A stretch of DNA of 59,264 nucleotides, filler included, from Trypethelium eluteriae (lineage: Eukaryota): NCBI GenBank assembly GCA_051942245.1. It is 3 parts of 3 records of this genome, joined end to end, with 100 filler letters (N's around TTAATTAATTAA, not from the genome) between each part and the next. Parts side by side here need not be neighbours in the genome. Positions count along the whole stretch, not along the records: positions 39,600 to 59,264 come from JAVECL010000521.1; 2 more parts are not named here. The stretch is one strand, 5' to 3'. Shown one piece after another: positions 49,449-59,264 of the stretch. The first letter of the stretch is position 1. Each line of letters opens with the position of its first letter. The translations under genes and the position numbers were made by a program. Below the pieces are notes generated by a model. That model had not been told where the DNA came from. It did no database searches and worked only from the letters and a program-made list of their open reading frames with translations.

Positions 49449-51688
49449 AAAAACCAACGTCAAGCTTGTCTGGCAACGAACATCTAGTTGTGATTTAATC
49501 TCGAAAATCGCAGCTGGCAAAGACAAGTCTTGCGAGGGATCACCATGAGGCGTTCATTGTACGTCTTCTCTGATGGAAAATTTATGGTTCAGGGCTCAAT
49601 ACTGACATTATTCAGTGGATTGATTGATTAGATGCTGGGTATGGTACAACATGTTCCCCTATAGCGCTCCGGCTCACGCCCGTTCCATTTCTTTATTTCT
49701 TGCTTTGGGTGATGGTTTGAGCGCAGGCATATAGATTTCCTTTGGGTTTTAGAAAGACGCACGGCTCGCAGCCTTTGAATGAGGGAGAAAAGGCGTTTTG
49801 TCTACCTCAGATACGGTCTCTTGCACTTCTGTACCACTAGCTCCTTAGAATAGCTTGCAAAAATTACCTTCCTTATCCCAAGACGCAAATAACTTCCATG
49901 GCTCTTTCCAACTATTGTTGATGTTATCGAGTCACATGATCCCAAGTTCCTGCGGCTTCGATCCTGCTGTGCGCGTGGGATCCACATGAAAGTCAGGGTT
50001 CTTGCTTTGCCGCTCGGAAAACGGATGTGGCGACTCCTGTAAATCGTACTTCGCACAAGACAGGTTCAGGCCAGCTGAAGACCGCAGCGTAAGCGTCAGC
50101 CGCGCGCCCCTAATATGAGAATCGGGCACCCTTGCATAATTCATTGGTCGCCATGTCACGGCGGGCCCAGCCGGAGCTACCATAGGGTAGTGATACTCAT
50201 TAACGGCCAGCCGTCGCGTCCCGTCCCGTTGTTCTATGATAGCAACTTGGCGAGCGGCTAGGATTTAACGGACCCTGGGGCTGACGTGCAGATTATTTGA
50301 ACAGCCGCGCATTTTCAAGGATTCTGCAGGAAGGCCACGCGGTGTGATCGAAGATGCAGCACGCTTTCATCCATGTGGGGGGCTCCAACAGGAATGAGGC
50401 TATCCAACGTCTGTTCGCCCGATTCACCGGCTCAGATTTAGACTTGACGATGATCTCGTTGGTGTTGTGTCTAAGCATGACATGGGGCCGCCAAAGTCAG
50501 CAATCTATCGTGCACCTTCAACGGAATTGCGAGCATTTCTCCGTGACAAGTCGTCAAAACAGGTCGTGGCACAGTTCTTATCGACCGATTTCCGTGCGCT
50601 CTATGAGGAAGTGTAGCCGTTCTCCGGATATCAGAGTGAAGGGTTCAGGTGAGCCGATATCTTGCCGCGCTTAAGATTGCGGTGTAGGCACCATAACCGC
50701 AGCCTAGCTGGATATCCCTGAAAGAACTGATGTAGGGTTGGATGACGTGCAGCCGTCGCGGCCGACGGATGCACAAATGTTACATCCGAAGCCTGTAGCT
50801 TCACCAGCGGGCCGCGTACTTCTCCCATTTGATCTGCTAGGCAACTGAAGGAGAATGAATAGGCGCGGCGCGGTGGTGACAATCTCGACCTAGATGCCAA
50901 ATACATCTTCCGATTCAATCAAACAGCTCGACTGCAGCTGTTTCGAGGACCCTGCATTCTTAGTCGGTAAGGGTGCTCGTGAGAAAATGCTGACATGTGA
51001 TTGCAAAGAAAATCTGTCGAGCAATACGAAGTCAGAGTGTGGTATCACTACCTGGACATTGTATACCATGTAGAGACATGTGCGTCTACAGGTCGATCGA
51101 AAATGAGGCCACATTTTCGCCGGATCTAAGTTAATATATGTGGATCGTCTTTCTTCGAGGAATTCGAGGTGGCTACCAGTCTGCTACGAATGAGTCAGGT
51201 CGCTGGCATATTGCGATGCATTCGAACAGCGTGCTTCAATGCCTGGTCTTTCAACTTCAGATTCCAGTACAGACAGGTCTCACTCGCTGCGGACATTGTC
51301 TACCGCGCCACCTTTGCCATGGTTCTTACTCTGAAGAACTCACCCGTTAAATATGACGTTCTCATCCACTTCTCAACTATCCCGGTACTTCCGAGAAGTG
51401 ACTGACAATATATCGCAATCCAGCTGGCTAGAGAGTCTCTCCAACCCAATTTGAGAGGGTCCAAGGATGTGGGTTGTAACAGCCTTGTCCCGTCATCAGC
51501 CCGACAGGAATCCAGCGTTCAATTCATGAGCACTTGTACCACAACTGAATGAGGTACGCAGATCGGCGGCATTCAGTGCTTTCAGCTGTGTTTGCTTCTT
51601 TTACCCCAAAGTCGCACCATCCTGGAGGATCTGAGACCCATCTGCATTCACTCCTTGCTCGAGGAGCCATCCAAGGAAAGTCGATTTG

Positions 51689-53984
51689 TCAACTCAACAT
51701 GGGTCTCTGAGAAGGCGTAGTGGATAAGGTCAGGTCACGGAGTGCCTCAGAACTGTTGACCAGATCTCCTGTTCCCAAGTCATGATCTCGATACTCCAAA
51801 TCCCATGGTCCATCTTCCTCTCCTTGTCCTTGTTCTTCTTCACATCCTGGCTCCGTCACGATGTGCTTTGCATTCTTGGGCTCCCACGCTCCTACGATGA
51901 ACAGCAAACCTGTAACGCAAACGAAAAGTCCTGAAATGAAGTAAAACGGCAGCCCGATCCAAGAACCGCCCAATTGTGATCCTTCTTGGAACAGTCCTGC
52001 CAGGAGGGGACTGCCTATCATCAGGCTCGCTGTTTCGAAAATACCAATGATGGTGTACAGCCGAGCGACATGATGTTTCTCAACCAAATTGGTTGTGAAG
52101 CTCCGAATGAGCTGCGCATGCCCGTTCCCAAGGGTAAAGATGATCATGCCGATGATCGACATGGCAATGTTTGGCGCAAATCCAAATATTGCATATCCAA
52201 TCACGATGGAGATGCAACTCATCCGTCCTAGCCAAAGGTCTTTGCTCAAGTTTCCAAAAGCAAAGCGTTGGACAAGGATAGTAGACAGAGCAGGGATGAG
52301 CAACAGAAATACGAGGACGGTTATTCCAGAGCGGACCGAAGTCAGGAATGTGGCATTGGCTATGCTCCACTTGTATCTCTTAGAGAGATAAAGCGTCATA
52401 AAGTCTACCCCATTGTGAACCAAGTAGGTCAGAATCAAAGGAGGTATCCGCCAGTCGTGGAAAAGAAAACCGACTGATGCTTTAACTTGATCAAAGCGGC
52501 TGCGTGGTCTCAGTGGAGGGGTGTATTCAACGTCATTAGCTGAATTAGAAGGCAAGTGAATGCTGACGTCGGAGCGCTGAGTAGATCCGCTTCGATCAAG
52601 CGTCTCCGGAACGGAAATCGCCACGGGGATCGAGATGAGCTGAACTGACAAGCCTAGAAGCATGGGTATCCAAAGATTGCGCTTCATCAGAACCGCACTG
52701 ATTGGTGGGAGCAGAAAATTGATAAACAAAGAAGCGGCTGCAAGGCGAAGGAAGTTCGAAGCGCTATGATCTCATCAAAATAGGATCCCTCATAATGGAT
52801 GATCTTTATCTCACCGTTCATCTTTAGATACGACATCAGACATCATGGCATAGGCCATGGCGGAGGCAACAGGTATCCCGCCGCCGAATAGAGCATGGGC
52901 CGAGGTAGCCCAGATAAGTTTGAGCGGTAAGGTCTGCCAGAAGTAACCTACATTGCGTAAGCCAGAAACCCTATGAGGAAAATTGAATAGCAACAAGATG
53001 AGATCTAACGATTCAGTGTGATGGATCGAAATTCATTCGACCAAAGACTGAATAAAAAATGAGGAAATCTCTGCTGGGTAACTCCGAGATCCATAATAAG
53101 CGCACATTGAGATGACGGAGTACCTGGCACCTGAGATCCTCTCCAAAAAAAATTCTCTTATTCTTTTTCTAAACCGGGTATCACTCAGCAAAAGGGGTGA
53201 CTTGAAGCATCGGCTGGGGAATTCGAATATTCTCAAAGGCCTTCAATGCGCAGAAACGCACGATTTCGTGCTTGAAGCGCCAACTTCCACCATTGAGTAG
53301 TCTACAATACGGAAGAGATACAGGCTCGTACACCTGTCTGCAACGTTCGCACAGAAGCAAAATGAGAGAATAGAAGTGGATGGACTAAGGTAGGGAAAGT
53401 AAAAGGCGAGAAAAAGCTGTCACAGATCCTCTGTGGAGGCAACTTACAAATTAACATAATTAAGGCGGATCTCACCCAGAACGCGACAATAGCCATGGTT
53501 ACAACTGGTTTCCTCCCGTATTTATCGGCAAGCCAGCCGTAAGGAATTGCCAGGAACAAAGCTAGCAAATAGTCTTAGCGGTTCTATACTTGCACGAGGA
53601 ATGAAAGGGTTCTTTGGACATACCGGGAATGGAGTCGAAAAAATCCTGCCATCCCATTAAAAGGGCAACACTACTCTCCACGGGTTCAATTTTGCACAAA
53701 TGTTCCGGCAACCACCCGTCCCCTTTCACAATGCTTGTTTCATGTTTATCGTAGTATTCCCGGCAAATGATTGATTCGAACAGCCGAATCCGAGGGTTTG
53801 CGATAAGCACCTCCCCACCACCTAGCACGACGACAGCAAGGGCAATTAAGAAGACGACCCTGGTAGGATTGGCCTTCTGCGGAGGAGGAATGCGATTAGG
53901 TTCCTCAGTATCCGGTAGAAGTCCCGTCTGCTCGGTGGACTGGTCTTCACCGGCACCGACGTGCTCCGGCGTTGAAGAGGACAT
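51689..53984 (-). CDS. MFS transporter (SLC46/UstT-like efflux type)
   Basis: Introns 53562-53623, 52948-53447 and 52764-52814. MFS motif A GWLADKYGRKPV, N-terminal loop ESIICREYY..EHLCK, MMSDVV..ER, and about 12 hydrophobic segments. Confidence 0.9.
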
Positions 53985-55039
53985 TGTTGGAGATTATGTA
54001 CAGTTATTGGAAACAATTGATCGTATTATTTTCAATCCATTCGAGACGAGGCTTGGGGAACAAGATTTGTTCCAAAATTCTGAAGGAAGAACGCGAATGA
54101 AAGTCGTCAGCGGTTCAGCTCCTCAGCACGTTTAATTAGGGCCGGTGAGAGAACGTGGACGGAATTTCCCCCTGAATGACACGGCCCCCATTGCAAACTG
54201 TAAATAGAGTATGACCCACGCGACAGCGCTGTCACGAACAGTCCTGCATTTCGTCTCTTGTCTACGTCAAACTCAGCACCGAAGCAGACATGTTTACGAA
54301 GTCGGTTCGAACCAGGCCTCGAAGGATTACGTTCGAAGGACCAAACGCGCAATCACGAGACGTATGTAATGCAAGGCCTCCAATTGGCTGCGTGGCTGCA
54401 TCGAGTTTCTAGGGTCCAACGACTCTCTCAGATCATGACGTCGCTGGCTCAACGTCCATCGCCAAATCTTCTTCACGAACGGAGGCTGACCATTGAAAGT
54501 CTGGAAGCTTCTGATCCATTGACCCTTGGCGACTCACGATCGTTTGCCCTTCTTGCTGATACGGGTAGACACCGAGCCGCCACCCCGCCAAGAGCCCACG
54601 CTGGAACCGGGTTCACGTAAAAATTATTGGCAGCTCTTAGTCACTGCCTTGGCCGGCGTCTGCATCTTACTTGTCCGGGATGTAGAGAGATAAGAATGCC
54701 ACCGTTGGTTCGGTTTTTCCATCGCGCCTGCATTTGCCGCCTTCTGCGCGAAGGCGTGCCCTGCATTTGATGAATTCTGGGCTTTCGGTCATGTTCCACG
54801 CATCATTCCGGCAAAGCGAGAAGATTGCGCGATAATTCCTTTGGAGAAGGCAAAACCGCATAGGTCGGCTAGCCAATTTTCTTATTCATAATTCATTCCC
54901 TCATTCTTCTAGTTTCATCCTTCAGTGGAATACTTTTCTTTCTCCTCAGTCTATAACAGGCATATGGCGGAAAGATCAAGTAATAACAGTGAAAAATTCG
55001 CATACTCAAGAGACAGCTAAAAGCTCCTTAAACGGCACT

Positions 55040-56629
55040 ATGGCAATCCAACAGCATGACGGTGTAACGAAGTCAGTCCATGCCTGGCTCCCGAGCTTCA
55101 TGCAGCGCGCACAGAACCCGGACGCCAAAGACTCGCCCGACGAAAGAACCTCGCTCTTACAAGGCCCAGATGAAGAGCAGCAGAATGGAGACATATATGG
55201 CTTTCAAGATGGGAAGGAATCTCGGGCTCGGGCGATTGCAAGTGAATTTTGGATTCTCCTTCGTGGATCGCTCCCCGTCATTCTGGCGTATACCCTGCAA
55301 AACTTGCTTCAAACAATTTCTGTTCTTGTTGTAGGAAGGTTGTCTCCCGAAGCCCTTGCTACCGCAGCTTTTGCGTATATGTTCGCGATGGCCACGGCTT
55401 GGCTGATCGCCCTCGGAGGTACAACTGCAATCGACACTCTGGCCTCCGTAAGCTTCACGGGGAGCAAAAATCCGCATGACCTTGGAATCATTCTTCAGCG
55501 GTCCTTCTTCATCCTCGGGCTTTTTTACATACCCATTTGCATACTATGGGCATGTTCTGAGCCTCTGTTCAAGGTCCTCGGACAGGAAGATTACATCGCC
55601 CATGATGGCTCCCGCTTCCTTATGGTGCTCATTCCAGGCGGCCTCGGCTATGTCTACTTTGAAGCAATGAAAAAATATCTGCAGGCCCAGGCAATCATGC
55701 GTCCAGGCACGTACGTCTTGCTAATCACTGCTCCAATCAATCTTGGTCTAAATTATCTCTTCGTGTATACCCTTGGCATTGGTCTTCTGGGAGCCCCCAT
55801 AGCTACTGGCATTTCTTACTGGCTCTCCTTCATTCTCCTTGTTTTGTATTCACGTTTCGTCACAGGCTGGCAATGCTGGGGCGGATGGACACGTGCCACC
55901 TTTCAGTGGTCTAGCATGCGCACCTTTGCACGTCTCTCTGTTCTTGGAATCATCCATGTCGGTACCGAATGGTGGGCATTCGAGATAGTAGCACTGGCTG
56001 CCGGAAAGCTTGGTACGATACCACTAGCAGCGCAAAGTGTGATCATGACGACCGATCAGGTCATGAACACTATCCCGTTCGGTGTGGGCGTCGCTACATC
56101 TGCTCGCGTTGGTAACCTTCTGGGCTCCAAAAATGCAAAAGGTGCGAGCAGAGCAGCGAATACTGCTGCTTGGCTCAGCATGATTTTGGGCGTGGTGGTA
56201 CTTGCCGTGCTCATGGGAGTCAAGGATGTCTACGCCAAGATCTTCAACGACGACGAAAGAGTCGTGCGCCTCACTTCTGAAGTCATGCCGTACGTTGCGC
56301 TTTTTCAGATTGCTGACGGCTTGAATGGGAGCTGTGGTGGTGCGCTCAGAGGCATGGGAAGACAGCATATTGGCGCTGCCGTCAACATTGTGAGTTACTA
56401 CTGCGGTGCACTACCATTGGGAATCTACTTGGCTTTCCACGGATGGGGACTAGCTGGCTTGTGGGTTGGACAATGTATCGCATTGTACTTGGTCGGCTTT
56501 GTAGAGTGGGCTATTGTAGCATTCAGTAATTGGGAGAAGCAGGTCGAAAAGGCATTTGGGAGGATGGACAAACCTGCCCATGGTGACGCCGAAAATATTG
56601 ACGGACAGAACGGTGAACTGCGGGATTGA
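55040..56629 (+). CDS. MATE family efflux transporter (Erc1-like)
   Basis: Intronless ORF with AIDTLAS, KKYLQAQ, EWWAFEIVAL, SARVGNLLG, FQIADG..GALRGMGRQ and GLAGLW. Confidence 0.95.
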   Translation: MAIQQHDGVTKSVHAWLPSFMQRAQNPDAKDSPDERTSLLQGPDEEQQNGDIYGFQDGKESRARAIASEFWILLRGSLPVILAYTLQNLLQTISVLVVGRLSPEALATAAFAYMFAMATAWLIALGGTTAIDTLASVSFTGSKNPHDLGIILQRSFFILGLFYIPICILWACSEPLFKVLGQEDYIAHDGSRFLMVLIPGGLGYVYFEAMKKYLQAQAIMRPGTYVLLITAPINLGLNYLFVYTLGIGLLGAPIATGISYWLSFILLVLYSRFVTGWQCWGGWTRATFQWSSMRTFARLSVLGIIHVGTEWWAFEIVALAAGKLGTIPLAAQSVIMTTDQVMNTIPFGVGVATSARVGNLLGSKNAKGASRAANTAAWLSMILGVVVLAVLMGVKDVYAKIFNDDERVVRLTSEVMPYVALFQIADGLNGSCGGALRGMGRQHIGAAVNIVSYYCGALPLGIYLAFHGWGLAGLWVGQCIALYLVGFVEWAIVAFSNWEKQVEKAFGRMDKPAHGDAENIDGQNGELRD

Positions 56630-57419
56630 TAAGGACTGTGTTACCATAACAATACACATGTCACAGTACGACTTACGATGTTTACGGTAACCTCGAGAAA
56701 TGACATTGATTGGTTGAAAGGCGTGGGCGTGGGGTCAGGACAATCGTCTTGGCACGCGGGCGCTAGACCAGGGTAACTAGTCTCGGCTAAGCAAGCGGAG
56801 CATGCGTGCTGTCATAATTAGCACCATTAGCATCGACTTTGCTCATGGCATTTTCAACGGTTTCCAAGCAAACTTCCTCCCGGAAAGAGCGGTCGAGCCA
56901 AATGTTCATGATCGCCGCCACTTGTTCGATGCCACTAGGACACTGTGCACTACCATCCCGTTCGGTTATGCCCAGAGGATACCCATCAATTGGTTGGCAG
57001 GACGTCGTGGGAGTTGACAGTACGTAATGCGGAGTTGACCCCGTTCTCGCATTACTTATCGTATCTTCACCCAAGCTCCACCAGCCGAGATAAGCCGGGC
57101 AGAGATGAGCCTCGACTTTGCGAGACCGCTGTTGCCGGCATTTGCTTACCGACAAAGACGCTTCACAATTCTATCGGCCTCTCCCCGCCGTCGGCTGTAG
57201 GTCGTCCGCAGCTCTGTACCTTGTATGGAAGCTGCCAAATATGGAGTAGATACATTACATTCACAAGCTAATGTATGGTGAGCCAGCATAGCTCAGGATA
57301 GCTCTTAGCTCAATCTGAGGCCGCCGGTACTTTCTTCTCCCTCACGTTTCTCTCTCCTCCTTGATTGTTTCTCAATTCCTTTCATTTTCCGTACGACTCC
57401 AAATCGGATTCTCTCTCTC

Positions 57420-58939
57420 ATGATGTTGAAGGCATTCCTACTCTGTGCTTGCGGTGCCATTGCGGCAGCACACAGTTCTCACGAGCAGGAACCTATTGAA
57501 GGACCCCACAAGAGCTTATGGTACAATACTTTGCCTGGTGATGGCGGAACGCAAGTATGGTTCAATTATACAGTACCATAGAAAAGACAAACATTGACCA
57601 ATGCCAAGGCCGACTCTGTATTCTCAGGTATCTCAACGTTTGGACGCATAACATATCATCCTTGCCTTTCAAAGGAGGATGTCGACTACGACATTGCATT
57701 CATTGGTAAGCTCTACCTTTAGAAGTACCTACGCAAATAGCTAAATTTGCCGTTCAGGCGCACCATTTGACACAGGCACGTCGTATCGTCCCGGTGCTCG
57801 CTTCGGGCCCAGCGGAATCAGACAAGGTTCTCGCCGTCTTAACCTCTAGTATGTATTATGAAGCATGAAAAGCTTACATCTGGCATGGTCCGGCAAGGCT
57901 CACGCAAAGTTCGCTTCAGCGGCGGTTACAATGTTCCTCTAGATGCCAATCCCTTCAATAGCTGGGCCAAGATCATTGACTGCGGAGACATACCGGTAAC
58001 ATCGTAAGTCAAGGAAAGCGTGCGGTCAAGACGACCTATCAAAACTAAAGGGATTCCAGGTACGATAACGCCTATGCCCTGAAGCAGATCGAGGAGGGCC
58101 ATCACTACATCTTATCTCGTCCACCGCACACGGACTCGAAGCAGCCAGGTCCATCGAAGAAGGGCAAGACTCTACCTCGAGTCATCACACTCGGTGGAGA
58201 CCATACGATCACGCTTCCCCTGCTACGTAGCATGAACAGAGAATACGGTCCAATCACTGTCATTCACTTTGATAGCCATCTGTATTTTGCCCTTTCCGTC
58301 AGCTAATACTTCCAAAGTCTAATCTCATGTGTAGGGATACATGGCGACCAAAGGTGTTTGGTGGCTCGCCCAGCCATCAAGCATCCATCAATCACGGCAC
58401 CTACTTTTATCATGCTTCAGAAGAGGGGTTGCTTGCCAACGACACCAATATTCATGCCGGTATTCGCACCACACTCAGTGGTCTGTCCGACTATGAAAAT
58501 GATGGCTACTGCGGCTTTGAGATTGTTGAAGCCAGGGAGATCGACACAATTGGAATGGATGGTATTATAAAGAAAATCAAAGATCGCGTAGGTTTGGACA
58601 GACCGGTATATTTGAGTCTTGACATTGATACTCTCGATCCTGCGTGTAAGTTATGAAGCTCTTCGGTAAATCGTGAAACTGACGAAAGTAGTCGCGCCTG
58701 CTACTGGTACCCCCGAAACCGGCGGATGGTCCACACGCGAGCTCCGCACCATCATTCGTGGCTTGGAGGGAGTCAATCTAGTGGCCGCCGATATAGTCGA
58801 AGTCGCGCCCGCGTATGATACCAATGCTGAGCATACAACTATGGCAGCGGCCGATACTTTGTATGAAATTATGACGCTGATGGTGAAGAAAGGGCCGCTG
58901 AGTAAGATGGTGGATGACGGACAAGTTGAGGAGCTTTAA
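57420..58939 (+). CDS. Agmatinase/guanidinobutyrase-like ureohydrolase (arginase family) with signal peptide
   Basis: Seven exons (intron donors at about 57555, 57706, 57849, 58004, 58282 and 58646). Motifs [49 protein letters not shown] and [10 protein letters not shown]. Confidence 0.94.
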
Positions 58940-59264
58940 GTGATTATGGATGCATGTAGTAGATCATCCCGGCATCACCTAGCCTGAAAACTATCTAACA
59001 GCGCCGACCATTGAGATAGTAAACTAGAATCCAACGATCATCGAAGCCAGACCAACATCAATTTCCAGCCACTGCGAATATGACCCTGAATTTCGTCTTG
59101 TGAAATGCCATCCACCCGCACCTGCTAAATCGGTCTGCCTTTCCGCATTTAGATCAGCAGTACTGGAAACCCCTATGACTCTTTCGCTTTGACGTTTCTG
59201 CAAACCCTCACCAGGAAGCCGACACAACTCCCAACACATCCCCTCCCCCCTCTCTCAAACCGAC

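Noticed and set aside
53170..53200. CTGAGTGATACCC on the minus strand resembling a TPP riboswitch core in an intron
   Set aside because: The downstream GAACCTGAT…TAAT…GCG-AGG elements are absent.
54304..54313. GGTTCGAACC B-box-like sequence suggesting a tRNA
   Set aside because: No A-box or cloverleaf on either strand; no tRNA was found in the window.

Overview
Eukaryotic DNA from a filamentous ascomycete (Pezizomycotina-type genes with short GT-AG introns and CTRAC branch sites), containing about 20 genes and two 100-nt assembly gaps that carry a TTAATTAATTAA linker. Housekeeping genes: the 5' part of quinolinate phosphoribosyltransferase (BNA6), a nitrate transporter with NirA/NIT4 and GATA sites, a probable Rsc58/BRD7-like chromatin protein, a PPR-like mitochondrial protein, an F-box protein, TFIIIC tau95, PP2A B56, ADE6, TRP2, a CFEM-GPI protein, CutC, MFS and MATE transporters and a secreted agmatinase-like enzyme. 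Accessory or immune genes: a ~1560-aa Goodbye-NACHT-TPR-ZZ NLR-like gene, a HET-domain gene, a GH47 mannosidase and an orphan membrane protein. The most striking structure is that the intact NLR gene sits in antisense inside a decayed berberine-bridge-like FAD oxidase gene, splitting it into N- and C-terminal halves, and takes its last codons and stop from the antisense strand of that pseudogene. A dense cluster of palindromes lies just upstream of the truncated 5' end of the oxidase. A spliced 52-aa Cys-rich microprotein gene that the ORF track misreads is also proposed. All family assignments are from motif recognition by eye; no searches were run.
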